45,449 nt of DNA from Rhodospirillales bacterium (GCA_028818565.1 JAPPNV010000029.1:1-45449); one strand, 5' to 3'. Positions 22,391-31,725 are shown, counted from the first letter of the stretch. Made by a program: numbers and translations. The notes: generated from the letters alone by a model not told the origin.

Positions 22391-22831
22391 CTAAGCGTCC
22401 TCGCGACATCCCGGCGGCGGATCGCAGGGCTCGGTGCCCATGTCGGCAGGCACGGAGACTTCGATCAGGTCGAACGTCTCCGAGGTCGCGATCTCGTTGT
22501 GCGGTGTGCCGCCCGGGATGTAGAGCGAATCCCCTTCCTCGATCCGGATGGTCTCGTTCTCGAAGGCGAGGTCGATCCAGCCGTTCAACATGTAGACGAT
22601 CTGCCCCTCGCAGATGTGCGTGTGCCAGCCGGTCGGCCGCGTAAGTCCGGATTTGGCCGTGGTGATCTGCGCGCGGATGCGCCCGCCGCTCGCCGCCGTG
22701 ACGCCGAGGTCACGGTAGGTCATGAAGTCGCGCCGCCCCGGCACGAAGGTGGGGTCGTCCTTCCTGACGAGGGTAAAAGGCGGCTCTGGCGTGGCCGGGC
22801 TTGCGGCCGCAGCAGTCTGGGCCTTGGTCAT
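22391..22831 (-). CDS. Cupin domain protein
   Basis: GWHTHICEGQIVYMLNG...GDSLYIPGGTPHNE cupin motifs. AGGAG SD. Confidence 0.85.
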   Translation of the reverse strand: MTKAQTAAAASPATPEPPFTLVRKDDPTFVPGRRDFMTYRDLGVTAASGGRIRAQITTAKSGLTRPTGWHTHICEGQIVYMLNGWIDLAFENETIRIEEGDSLYIPGGTPHNEIATSETFDLIEVSVPADMGTEPCDPPPGCREDA

Positions 22832-22959
22832 GGCGTGGGCTCCTCTCCGCCGGGCGGTAGCCGAGTATGGTAGGAAGCACCGGCTGGCGTGACAAGGCGG
22901 TCGCCGCGGTTCGGCGTGCCGCTACGATCCGAAACCGTCTCGATTGCGCGGCGCCCGCT

Positions 22960-23526
22960 TTACTGTGTCCGGGGTCGCTGCGACTCCCCGAGCTGGGCGG
23001 GAGTGAGCTGGAACCCGACCAGCGTTTCGTAGCTCACACCGAATTCCCCCGGCCCCAGGGGGATCCACTGCTCGATCTCCTCCACCGTCTGCGCGCTCGC
23101 GCTGTCGGCCTCGAAGGCGATCTGCGCCGTGAAGACCTCTTTGGCGATGATTTGACGGGTCGGGTCGGCAATTGCGACGAAGAAGGGCACGCTCACCCGG
23201 TCGCTCGCGGCCGCGGGCCCGCGCGTTGCGCGGATCGGCAGCGCGAACGTCACCTCCACGCCGCCGCCCTGGTCGCCAACATCGTAATCGCAGTCGGAGC
23301 TCACGCTGCGAAGCTCCAACACGAAAGCCACGTCGGACGCTTCGCGCCCCGGCCCGTCGCCGTAGAGAGTGAGTAGGCGCGCTTCCTTCAGAATGCTGAC
23401 CCTGGGGCAGGGCGGCGGATCGGCGAACGGGTTGCAGCCGGCAAGCGCGACCAGCACGCTGGCGGCGAGAAGTGTCGCCCCGAGGCGTGCCGCCCGGTAA
23501 CGCCGCTGCCGAGACCCGTTGACCAC
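22960..23526 (-). CDS. Conserved hypothetical lipoprotein
   Basis: Basic n-region, hydrophobic h-region and lipobox LAGC, followed by PPPCPRVSIL. Start placed at GTG 23526 (uncertain) to avoid overlapping the CDGSH gene. Confidence 0.7.
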   Translation of the reverse strand: MVNGSRQRRYRAARLGATLLAASVLVALAGCNPFADPPPCPRVSILKEARLLTLYGDGPGREASDVAFVLELRSVSSDCDYDVGDQGGGVEVTFALPIRATRGPAAASDRVSVPFFVAIADPTRQIIAKEVFTAQIAFEADSASAQTVEEIEQWIPLGPGEFGVSYETLVGFQLTPAQLGESQRPRTQ

Positions 23527-23552
23527 GGGCTGTCCTGTTGGCGGACGCGTAC

Positions 23553-23792
23553 TCAGAGCGTGTTGTGAGTACCGTCGCAGTGCGGCTTGCTCCCGGTCTG
23601 CTTGCAGCCGCAGAGCCACGCGGTCTCGCTCTCCTCGGCGGTGAAGACGATCGGGCGGATATCGGTCACCTTGTGGGAGCCGTCGCAGAATGGCTGGGTC
23701 GCGCTCAAGCCGCACGCGCACCAGAAGTATTTCTCCCCGGCAACGAGCTCGGTTTCGTAGGGTTCCGCCTGGGCGACGACGGGTTCGCTCAT
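23553..23792 (-). CDS. CDGSH iron-sulfur domain protein (two motifs, MiNT/CISD3-like)
   Basis: WCACGLSATQPFCDGSH and LCGCKQTGSKPHCDGTH. ATG 23792. Confidence 0.92.
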   Translation of the reverse strand: MSEPVVAQAEPYETELVAGEKYFWCACGLSATQPFCDGSHKVTDIRPIVFTAEESETAWLCGCKQTGSKPHCDGTHNTL

Positions 23793-23942
23793 GGTGGGCT
23801 GCCTCGACAGTCGTAAGGGTCCGATCAAGTGAGACTGTAGCCGCGCACCCTGCGGCGAACAAGGCTGCCCAAGGGCACCGCTTGATCAGCGCCGGGGTCG
23901 CGAGCTAGTGTGCGCCGCTCTTGATTGGGGGCGTGGGGTGCC

Positions 23943-24965
23943 ATGACAGCCGTACCGGGTTTCGTTGAACTGATCGGAAACACGCCGCTGATCCGCCTGC
24001 ACGGCCCCTCCGAGGCCACCGGCTGCGAGATCCTCGGCAAGTGCGAGTTCCTGAACCCCGGCGGCTCGGTCAAGGACCGGGCTGCGCTCTTCATCGTGCG
24101 CGATGCCGAGCGGCGGGGCGTGCTGAAGCCCGGCGGGACCATCGTCGAGGGCACTGCCGGCAACACCGGCATCGGCCTCGCGCTCGTGGGCAATGCGCTC
24201 GGCTACCGCTCGGTGATCGTGATTCCGGAGACCCAGAGCCAGGAAAAGAAGGACATGCTGCGGCTCTGCGGCGCGGAGCTGATCCAGGTGCCGGCGGTCC
24301 CCTATCGCGATCCCAACAACTACGTGAAGTATTCGGGCCGTCTTGCCGACGAGCTTGCCGAGACGGAGCCGAACGGCGCGGTCTGGGCCAACCAGTTCGA
24401 CAACGTGGCCAACCGCCAGGCCCATGTCGAAACGACCGGGCCCGAGATCTGGGAGCAGACCGGGGGCAAGGTCGACGGCTTCATCTGCGCTGTCGGCACC
24501 GGCGGCACGCTCGCCGGGGTCGGTATGGCGCTCAAGGAGCGCAAGCCCTCGGTGACGATCGGCCTCGCGGACCCCATGGGCGCGGCGCTCTACAACCACT
24601 ACGCACACGGTGAGCTCAAGGCGGAAGGCAGCTCCATCACCGAAGGGATCGGCCAGGGTCGGATCACCGACAACCTCGAAGGCGCACCGATCGATGTGCC
24701 GTTCCAGATCCCGGATGCGGAGGCGCTGCCCGTGATCTTCGATCTGGCGCAGAACGAAGGCCACGTCATGGGCGGCTCGACCGGGATCAACATTGCCGGT
24801 GCGATTCGGCTGGCCCGGGAGATGGGCCCCGGACACACCATCGTTACCGTGCTCTGCGACTACGGCACCCGCTATTTCAGCAAGCTCTTCAACGCCGCGT
24901 TCCTGCGCGAGCGCGACTTGCCGGTACCGCCCTGGCTCGATGACGCTCCCGATGTCGCCGACTGA
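23943..24965 (+). CDS. cysK: Cysteine synthase (PLP-dependent O-acetylserine sulfhydrylase family)
   Basis: IGNTPL, NPGGSVKDR (PLP lysine), EGTAGNTG and GTGGT. Confidence 0.88.
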   Translation: MTAVPGFVELIGNTPLIRLHGPSEATGCEILGKCEFLNPGGSVKDRAALFIVRDAERRGVLKPGGTIVEGTAGNTGIGLALVGNALGYRSVIVIPETQSQEKKDMLRLCGAELIQVPAVPYRDPNNYVKYSGRLADELAETEPNGAVWANQFDNVANRQAHVETTGPEIWEQTGGKVDGFICAVGTGGTLAGVGMALKERKPSVTIGLADPMGAALYNHYAHGELKAEGSSITEGIGQGRITDNLEGAPIDVPFQIPDAEALPVIFDLAQNEGHVMGGSTGINIAGAIRLAREMGPGHTIVTVLCDYGTRYFSKLFNAAFLRERDLPVPPWLDDAPDVAD

Positions 24966-25671
24966 GCCGCTGTTTCGCACCGAGCCCTACGCGCGCACCT
25001 GCGAGGCACAAGTCAGCGCGGTTGACGGCGATACGGTGCGTCTCGACCGCACGGTCTTCTACCCCGAGGGCGGCGGCCAGCCCGGCGATACGGGGATCTT
25101 GCGCACAGACGACGGCACCGAGTTCGCGGTGCGCGATACGCGCAAGGGCGAAGACGCCGATGACATCCTCCATCTGATCGACCCTGACACGCCACCGCCT
25201 GCGCCGGGAAGGCGTGTGATTGCCGAGGTTGACTGGGAGCGCCGCTATCGCCACATGCGCATGCATACCTGCTTGCATTTGCTGAGCGCCGTGATCGATG
25301 CACCGGTGACTGGCGGGCAGCTTTCGGCAGAGAAGGGGCGCCTCGACTTCGATGTCGATACCAAGCTGGAAAAGGCTGCGATTCAGGAAGAGCTCAACGC
25401 GCTCATCGCGCGGGACTTCCCAGTTGCCGCGCGCTGGATCAGCGACGAAGCGCTCGCAGCGCAGCCGGAGCTGGTCAAAACCATGCGGGTGAAGCCCCCC
25501 ACTGGCCATGGGCGGGTCAGAGTGATCGATGTCGAGGGGATCGACCTGCAGCCTTGCGGCGGCACCCATGTCGCGCGAACCGGCGAGATCGGGCCGGTCA
25601 CCGTCCGCAAGATCGAGAACAAGGGCCGGCACAACCGGCGCGTCACGCTCGCGTTCGGAGAACCGGCATGA
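24952..25671 (+). CDS. Alanyl-tRNA editing protein AlaX (trans-editing)
   Basis: FYPEGGGQPGD, HxxxH (MHTCLH) and CxxxH (CGGTH) Zn motifs. ATG 24952 overlaps the end of cysK. Confidence 0.92.
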   Translation: MSPTEPLFRTEPYARTCEAQVSAVDGDTVRLDRTVFYPEGGGQPGDTGILRTDDGTEFAVRDTRKGEDADDILHLIDPDTPPPAPGRRVIAEVDWERRYRHMRMHTCLHLLSAVIDAPVTGGQLSAEKGRLDFDVDTKLEKAAIQEELNALIARDFPVAARWISDEALAAQPELVKTMRVKPPTGHGRVRVIDVEGIDLQPCGGTHVARTGEIGPVTVRKIENKGRHNRRVTLAFGEPA

Positions 25672-26537
25672 GCGGGGACGAGACGCCACTGATTGTGCCC
25701 CCGAGCTGGCTCGCCGCCGATTTGGGCGCGGATAACGCCGTTCGAGTGCTTGACGGCTCCTGGCACCTGCCGCCGCTGGGACGCGACCCAGCCGCCGAGT
25801 TCATGGAAGCGCACATTCCGGGCGCCGCCTTCTTCGACATCGACGGCATCTGCGATCCGGATTCGTCACTGCCCCACATGCTGCCGTCGCCGGAACTCTT
25901 CGGGCGCAGCGTCTCGGCGCTGGGCGTCAGCAATGGCACACACGTCGTCGTCTATGACACCGTGGGCCTCTACAGCGCGGCGCGGGTGTGGTGGATGTTC
26001 CGCGTGTTCGGGCACGAGCGTGTCTCGATCCTCGCCGGCGGCCTGCCGCGCTGGCAGGCGGAAAGTCGCCCGGTCGAGAGCGGCGAGGCTGCAATCGCGC
26101 CGGGTTCGTTCACGGCGCGGGCGCCGGACGAGACGCTGGTCCGCTCCTTCGAGCAGGTCCGTGCAACCTTGAGCACCGGCAGCGCGCAGATCGTGGATGC
26201 CCGCGCCGTGGCCCGCTTCACGGGCGAGGACCCGGGGCCGAGGCCCGATCTCCCGCGCGGTCACATTCCTGGTAGCCGCAACGTGCCCTTCGACGTCGTT
26301 CTCGACGATGACGACGCTACGCTGGGCGACACTGCGGCGATCCGACGCGCCTTCGCCGACGCCGGCGTCGATCCTGCCCGGCCGGTCATCGCCACCTGCG
26401 GGTCGGGCATTACCGCATGCACACTCGCGCTCGCACTCATCGCAATTGGCGCCGAAGAGGTCGCCGTCTACGATGGTTCCTGGAGCGATTGGGGCGGCCG
26501 CGCGGACGCGCCGGTAGAAAGCGGCGGTCCCGCCTAG
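25668..26537 (+). CDS. sseA: 3-mercaptopyruvate sulfurtransferase (tandem rhodanese)
   Basis: HIPGAAFFDID, SAARVWW, active loop CGSGITA and YDGSWSDW. ATGA overlap with alaX. Confidence 0.92.
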   Translation: MSGDETPLIVPPSWLAADLGADNAVRVLDGSWHLPPLGRDPAAEFMEAHIPGAAFFDIDGICDPDSSLPHMLPSPELFGRSVSALGVSNGTHVVVYDTVGLYSAARVWWMFRVFGHERVSILAGGLPRWQAESRPVESGEAAIAPGSFTARAPDETLVRSFEQVRATLSTGSAQIVDARAVARFTGEDPGPRPDLPRGHIPGSRNVPFDVVLDDDDATLGDTAAIRRAFADAGVDPARPVIATCGSGITACTLALALIAIGAEEVAVYDGSWSDWGGRADAPVESGGPA

Positions 26538-26549
26538 GCGCGATTATCG

Positions 26550-27539
26550 ATGAAGCGGCGACAGACCACCCTCTCCATCGTAGCCGCAATGGTGGCGGCT
26601 CTGATGTGGGCAGCAGCGAGCGGGGCTGAAGAACCGGAGCCTGTGGCTGGCGGGGCTGCGGCGCTTGAGACAGAGAGTGAGACACAATCGGGTGACATGA
26701 TCGGCGCGCTGCGCCATGTCGTCACCGCCCACGAAGATACTTTGCTCGACCTCGCGCGCGCCAACGGCCTCGGTTATGTCGAGATGATCGCGGCCAACCA
26801 GGGCATCGACCCCTGGGTTCCTGGCGAAAACACGCCGATCATTCTGCCGACCGCGCACGTCCTGCCGGATGCCGAACGCCAGGGCCTCGTCGTCAACCTG
26901 GCGGAGCACCGCCTGTACTACTTCGGGCCGGACGGCGCCGAGCCACAGACCTTTCCGCTCGGCGTGGGCAGGGAAGGGTGGGACACGCCCCTCGGCAGCA
27001 CCGAGATCGTGCGCAAGAAGGAAAGGCCGACCTGGTTCCCGCCCGAATCGATCCGTGCCAAGAAACCGCATCTACCCAAAACGGTGCCGCCGGGCCCGTA
27101 CAATCCGCTTGGCAGCCACGCGCTCTATTTCGATTGGCCAAGCTATCTCATCCACGGCACGAACATGCCGTGGGGAGTCGGGCGGCGGGTGAGCCACGGT
27201 TGTATTCGTCTCTATCCCGAGGATATCGCGCGGCTCTTCGAGATCGTGCCGGTCGGCACGCCGGTTCAGGTCATCAGTCAGGCGATCAAGATCGGCTGGT
27301 ACGACGGTGAGCTCTATGTGGAGGCGCACCCCGAGGCCGAACAGGCGGACGAGCTGGAATGGACCGGGCAAATTGAGAGCGTCGACGCGCACTCTCGCGC
27401 CGACGCCCTGTATCGGATCAAGACTCAAGTCGATGCCACCCAGGCCCGGCTGGACTGGCACCTCATTCGCAAGGTTTTCGAAGAACGGTCCGGTGTCCCT
27501 GTCCAAGTCACCGTGGACCGGTCCGTAACTCCCAGTTAG
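26550..27539 (+). CDS. L,D-transpeptidase, ErfK/YbiS/YcfS type
   Basis: Signal peptide, LysM-like segment (DTLLDLAR...ANQGIDPWVP), catalytic IHGTN...SHGCIRL and C-terminal LYVEAH domain. Confidence 0.92.
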   Translation: MKRRQTTLSIVAAMVAALMWAAASGAEEPEPVAGGAAALETESETQSGDMIGALRHVVTAHEDTLLDLARANGLGYVEMIAANQGIDPWVPGENTPIILPTAHVLPDAERQGLVVNLAEHRLYYFGPDGAEPQTFPLGVGREGWDTPLGSTEIVRKKERPTWFPPESIRAKKPHLPKTVPPGPYNPLGSHALYFDWPSYLIHGTNMPWGVGRRVSHGCIRLYPEDIARLFEIVPVGTPVQVISQAIKIGWYDGELYVEAHPEAEQADELEWTGQIESVDAHSRADALYRIKTQVDATQARLDWHLIRKVFEERSGVPVQVTVDRSVTPS

Positions 27540-27547
27540 CCAGCGCT

Positions 27548-27569
27548 GGGCGGCGTGAAGGAGCCGCCC
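27548..27569. terminator. Hairpin between the convergent ldt and lipoprotein genes
   Basis: GGGCGGC-N8-GCCGCCC in the 37-nt gap between two stop codons. No U-tract. Confidence 0.4.
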
Positions 27570-27576
27570 GCCGGCT

Positions 27577-27885
27577 CTACTTGCGCATCCCCTTCTGGAA
27601 AATGCGGTCGGCCTTGTCCGCAGCCGCCTGCGCTGCCTCGGCTGCTGCTTCTGCTGCTGCTGCCGCTGCCGCTGCGCTCTGGCTGGCCTCGTCCACGGCC
27701 GCTCTGAGCTCATCGACGGCAACCAGGGCCTGATTGGCGGTTTGCATGGCTTCCGTGGCCATCGCCTCGGCGCCCGCTATGGCAGCGGCTGCCTGTTCCC
27801 GCTCGGCGGCGGACTGGCACCCCGCAGCAACGGCCAGCGGAAGAGCGACAATCGCAATCCGAAGCGCCCACGATCTCTTGAACAT
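27577..27885 (-). CDS. Lpp/OprI-like alanine-zipper lipoprotein with C-terminal Lys
   Basis: Signal peptide ending AVAAG-C, Ala-rich helical body, and C-terminus KADRIFQKGMRK resembling the OprI end. Strong SD GGAGGAGG (27895-27888). Confidence 0.82.
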   Translation of the reverse strand: MFKRSWALRIAIVALPLAVAAGCQSAAEREQAAAAIAGAEAMATEAMQTANQALVAVDELRAAVDEASQSAAAAAAAAEAAAEAAQAAADKADRIFQKGMRK

Positions 27886-28054
27886 AGCCTCCTCCCGGCT
27901 GCAGTAGGTCGCTGCGGAGTTGACGGCGATTCGGGCAATAGTGTCAAGGTGACTCTCCCAAAAAAGGGGCGATACGCTCAGTCATTTGCCTCCGAAACGA
28001 CAAATTGGGCGGTCGTGCTTTACGGGCGCGCTTGGAAGCCATTACTCTCTTGAT

Positions 28055-28636
28055 ATGACATCCTCATCCCCGTGCCGGCCGGAGACGCTTGTCGAACGTG
28101 AGGGGTCCGAATCGCCGGTCCTGTTCGATGCGGTGCTCGCGCCCAATCGCTCGCTCGGACGCGCCGGATTCATCGCGGTGATGGCCGGCGTCATCGTCAT
28201 CAGCATCGGGCTCGGCGTCTTCTTCCTGCTCCAGGGTGCGTGGCCGGTGCTGGGCTTCTTCGGCCTCGATATCGCCCTGCTTTATATCGCGTTCCGGCTA
28301 AGCTACCGCTCCGGCCGCCTGCGGGAGACCATCCGCGTCAGCGCAGACGAGGTCGTGGTCAGGCGCATTGCGCCCAACGGCCGCACGATGGAATGGCGCT
28401 TCAACCCCTACTGGCTCCGCGTCGCCCTCGACGATCCAGTCGAGCACCACAGCCAGATTACCCTTACCACGCATGGCCGCTCGCTGGTCATTGGCCCGTT
28501 CCTTGCGCCAGAGGAGCGCGCAACTCTGGTACAGGCGCTGCGTGACGCCTTGGGAGAGGCCAACCGGCGCTATGCCGGTGCCCCGCTGGAGGAGCAGGAG
28601 ATCGAGGCCAGCGAAGCGGCTACCCGGCGAAGCTAA
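28055..28636 (+). CDS. DUF2244 family integral membrane protein
   Basis: LFDAVLAPNRSL, GAWPVLGFFGLD, FNPYW and GPFLAPEER. Confidence 0.85.
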   Translation: MTSSSPCRPETLVEREGSESPVLFDAVLAPNRSLGRAGFIAVMAGVIVISIGLGVFFLLQGAWPVLGFFGLDIALLYIAFRLSYRSGRLRETIRVSADEVVVRRIAPNGRTMEWRFNPYWLRVALDDPVEHHSQITLTTHGRSLVIGPFLAPEERATLVQALRDALGEANRRYAGAPLEEQEIEASEAATRRS

Positions 28637-28645
28637 GAGGCGCTT

Positions 28646-29140
28646 CTAACCAATCGGCGGGGTGTGCACCGTCATCTTGCCGCGCATCGCCGCCGGTGTT
28701 TCGTCTTCGGAGACCTCGCCCGTCGCATTCGCCTGATAGGCGCGCGCGTAGGCGATGACATCGGTCGCATTCTCCGGCGTCAAATGGCTGAAGCGCACGT
28801 GGTGCTTGCCAGCAGAGCGGAAGCCCACATTGCACGGGCTCTTGCAACCGTTCAGGCAATAGACCGCGCGAAGATTGAGCGCCTCGGGCAGGGGCTCTGC
28901 CTCGATCAGGTCGCGCACCGCCTCCAGCAGGAAGGTGCCCTGGCGCTTGCCGTCGCGCTCACGCGCCGATTCCGACCAGACGCAGGAGCGGCAGACATAA
29001 AAGGTCGCCGGCGCGGCGCTGGCCGCCGCCGCCCGCCCGGCGCGAGCGGTTCGCCTGGCGTCAGCCGGCCGAGCCTTGCCCGCACCCTTGCGGGAACGCG
29101 TCTGTGCGCTCCCTCGCTTGCCCTGCTTTCGCGTCGCCAT
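28646..29140 (-). CDS. DUF1636 family predicted metal-binding protein with basic N-terminal extension
   Basis: VCRSC and CLNGCKSPC Cys motifs; C-terminal PAAMRGK. Confidence 0.75.
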   Translation of the reverse strand: MATRKQGKRGSAQTRSRKGAGKARPADARRTARAGRAAAASAAPATFYVCRSCVWSESARERDGKRQGTFLLEAVRDLIEAEPLPEALNLRAVYCLNGCKSPCNVGFRSAGKHHVRFSHLTPENATDVIAYARAYQANATGEVSEDETPAAMRGKMTVHTPPIG

Positions 29141-29148
29141 GTCCCCGC

Positions 29149-29922
29149 CTAACTGAAGCTGTAATAGAGATTCAGAATTAATCCGTTGACCTGCGTCGGC
29201 TTCTCGATCGGGGTCCAGTGACCGCAACCGGGCAGCACTGCAACGCGGGAGCCCTTGATTCGGTTGCTCAACGCCTTCACCGCCGGCGGCGGCGAGACGC
29301 CGTCCTCGTCGCCGGTGATCAGCAGGGTCGGGCAGCGGATGCTGGCGAGGTCCGCGCTCGTGACTGCGGCGAGCGCCTCGCAGGTGCGCGCGTAGCCCTC
29401 CGCATCCTGGCCCATGAGAATCTCGCGGACGAAGGCGGCCGACGCTGGGTAGTGGGCTCTGGTGTCGGCCGAGATCGCGATCTCCACCAGGGTGTCCGCG
29501 ATCGGCGTCATGCCATTCTCGCGCGCCACGGCCGCGCGGTCGCGGATCGCCTGGCGGGCGGGTTCGGGCGGCTCGGCCAGCGGGCCGAGGAGCGCAAGGC
29601 TCTTCACCCGCTCAGGCTGCTCGGCGGCGATGTGCTGGCAGACGATCGTGCCCATGGAGTGGCCGCAGAGATGCGCGGTCGAAATTTCCAGCTCATCCAT
29701 GACCGCGACCATGTCGGCGGCGAAAGAGGCGATGGAGAGATCGCCCGTGGCGGGCGAGCGGCCCGAGCCTTCGAGGTCGGGCCGGACTACGCGGAAGTAC
29801 CGGGCGAGCGGACCCACCTGCGGGTACCAACTGTTGCTGGTGCCGCCGAGGCCGTGGACCATGACCACCGCGTCGCCGTCGCCATGCTGCTCGACCGCGA
29901 TGTCCTTGCCGTTGATCTCCAT
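29149..29922 (-). CDS. Alpha/beta hydrolase (PcaD/enol-lactone hydrolase-like)
   Basis: HGLGG oxyanion motif, GHSMG nucleophile, GDEDGV and GHW. ATG 29922. Confidence 0.85.
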   Translation of the reverse strand: MEINGKDIAVEQHGDGDAVVMVHGLGGTSNSWYPQVGPLARYFRVVRPDLEGSGRSPATGDLSIASFAADMVAVMDELEISTAHLCGHSMGTIVCQHIAAEQPERVKSLALLGPLAEPPEPARQAIRDRAAVARENGMTPIADTLVEIAISADTRAHYPASAAFVREILMGQDAEGYARTCEALAAVTSADLASIRCPTLLITGDEDGVSPPPAVKALSNRIKGSRVAVLPGCGHWTPIEKPTQVNGLILNLYYSFS

Positions 29923-30027
29923 CCCTTCGCTCCGAAATCGCGCACCCACGCCGTCAACGAGCCCAGCACATAGCACGCGGCGGCGCTGGCCGGATAGGCG
30001 TATTGCACCGCCGGCCCGGTGACGCGG

Positions 30028-31725
30028 TCAATCCGGGTGCGGCGTCTCGATCCTCTCGTATCGGGCGAGCGGCTCAAAGAACCGCTGGCCCTCGCTCTCG
30101 CCGGGCTTCGGCGGTTCCGGCGCCGCCAGCTCCTGCGCGGCGAAGAGGCGCGCGACCACCGCCTTGCGCGCATCGCCGGCGCCCCAGTCCGTGGCTGCCT
30201 CCTCAACCAGCAGGGCAGCGGCCAGGCCCTTGGCCATGCGGTCCATCAGCCGGTGGGCCTGACGCTGCGCCTCGGCTTGGTCGTCACGGATCAAGGCCGT
30301 CAGCGCAGCCACCTCCCGCCGGGCCTGAAAGATCAGCGCGCGCGCCCGCACGAAGGCCGAGTGGTTGGCGACGAAGGGCATGTTGAGAACGGCGTCGAGC
30401 CTGCCGTGAAAGGCGGCGAGCCCCGGCGAGTCCGCGCCCGCCAGACGCAGCACTTCCAGCGCCTGGATGTTGGGCGGCCCTTCCCACACGGTGAGCACCT
30501 GGGCATCGCGGTAGAGCCTGGCCGTGGGGTATTCCTCGGTGTAGCCGTTGCCGCCCAGGATTTCGATCGCACGGCTGGTCGTAGTGATCGCCCATTCCGC
30601 CGTGAGATACTTGGCGAGCGCGGTGACGAGCCGCATCCAGGGCTGCTCCGCCGGTGTCTGCTGTGCTTCGTCGAACGCGCGCGCCGCGGCGAAGGCCAGC
30701 GCCACGCTTGCTTCCACACGCACCTGCATTTCGACCAGCTGGTCCTGCACCATCGGGTATGCGGTGAGGCGGTGGCCGAACGCTTCGCGGGCCTCGGCAT
30801 GGGCGAGCGCCTCGGCGAACGCGCGCCGCTGAATGCCTGCCGACGCCATCGCGTTGTGGATGCGGCTGTAGCCGAGCGCCGCCATCATGGTCTTCAGCCC
30901 GTCCGGCGGCGGCGCCACTTCCACCGCATAGGCGCCATCCAGCTCGATCTCCCCGGTCGCGAGACCGCGGGTGCCGAGCTTGTCCTTGAGCCGCCGGATC
31001 CGGTAGCGGTTGGACGCTCCATCGGGATCACGCGCCGGCACCAGGTAGAGGCCGAGCCCGGAGCCGCTGCCCCCTGCCCCCTCGGGCCGGGCGAGAGTGA
31101 GCGCGAGCCCGCCGTCGACATTGCTGGCGAACCACTTGAGCCCGCTGAGCCGGATGCCTTCGTTGGTGCGCCGCGCCGTGGTCCGGGTGGCGCCGACGTC
31201 GCTGCCGCCCTGCTTCTCCGTGACCCAGGTGCCGCCGGTCAGTGCCTTGCCGTCCGTGCGCACAAGCCGGGGCAGGTAAGCATTCCGCACCGTCTCCGGC
31301 GCGAACCGGTCGAGCACGTGGGCGACCGCGCCGGTCAGAGTCACCGGGCAGTGAATCGAGATGTCGGATTGCGCGAGCAAGTAGCCCATCGCGAAGGTCA
31401 GCGTGTAGGGGCGCCGCGCCCCACCGTAGTTGAGCCCGACGATGCCCCGCTCGTAGACCTCGCGGTGCGCCGCGGCGCAGAGCGGATTGTGGCGGACCAC
31501 CGAACGGGGGCGGCCATCCTCGTCCAGGGTCTCGAGAACCGGCGGCGCGAAGCGGTTGGTGTAGTCGGCCTGTTCGTCGACGGCGGTTGCCACCCAGCTG
31601 CCGAAGCTGCTCAGCCGCTCGGCGTCGTCCTCGGTGAGCCACGGCGCGCTGCGGCGCAGAAGGCTCTGAAGATTCCGGTCCGCCTGGTAGGCGTTGCCGC
31701 CGAGACCGCCATTCCGGTCCGTCAT
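30028..31725 (-). CDS. AidB-like acyl-CoA dehydrogenase
   Basis: TEKQGGSDV, GLKWFAS, LKDKLGTR and VWEGPPNIQ. ATG 31725. Confidence 0.85.
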   Translation of the reverse strand: MTDRNGGLGGNAYQADRNLQSLLRRSAPWLTEDDAERLSSFGSWVATAVDEQADYTNRFAPPVLETLDEDGRPRSVVRHNPLCAAAHREVYERGIVGLNYGGARRPYTLTFAMGYLLAQSDISIHCPVTLTGAVAHVLDRFAPETVRNAYLPRLVRTDGKALTGGTWVTEKQGGSDVGATRTTARRTNEGIRLSGLKWFASNVDGGLALTLARPEGAGGSGSGLGLYLVPARDPDGASNRYRIRRLKDKLGTRGLATGEIELDGAYAVEVAPPPDGLKTMMAALGYSRIHNAMASAGIQRRAFAEALAHAEAREAFGHRLTAYPMVQDQLVEMQVRVEASVALAFAAARAFDEAQQTPAEQPWMRLVTALAKYLTAEWAITTTSRAIEILGGNGYTEEYPTARLYRDAQVLTVWEGPPNIQALEVLRLAGADSPGLAAFHGRLDAVLNMPFVANHSAFVRARALIFQARREVAALTALIRDDQAEAQRQAHRLMDRMAKGLAAALLVEEAATDWGAGDARKAVVARLFAAQELAAPEPPKPGESEGQRFFEPLARYERIETPHPD

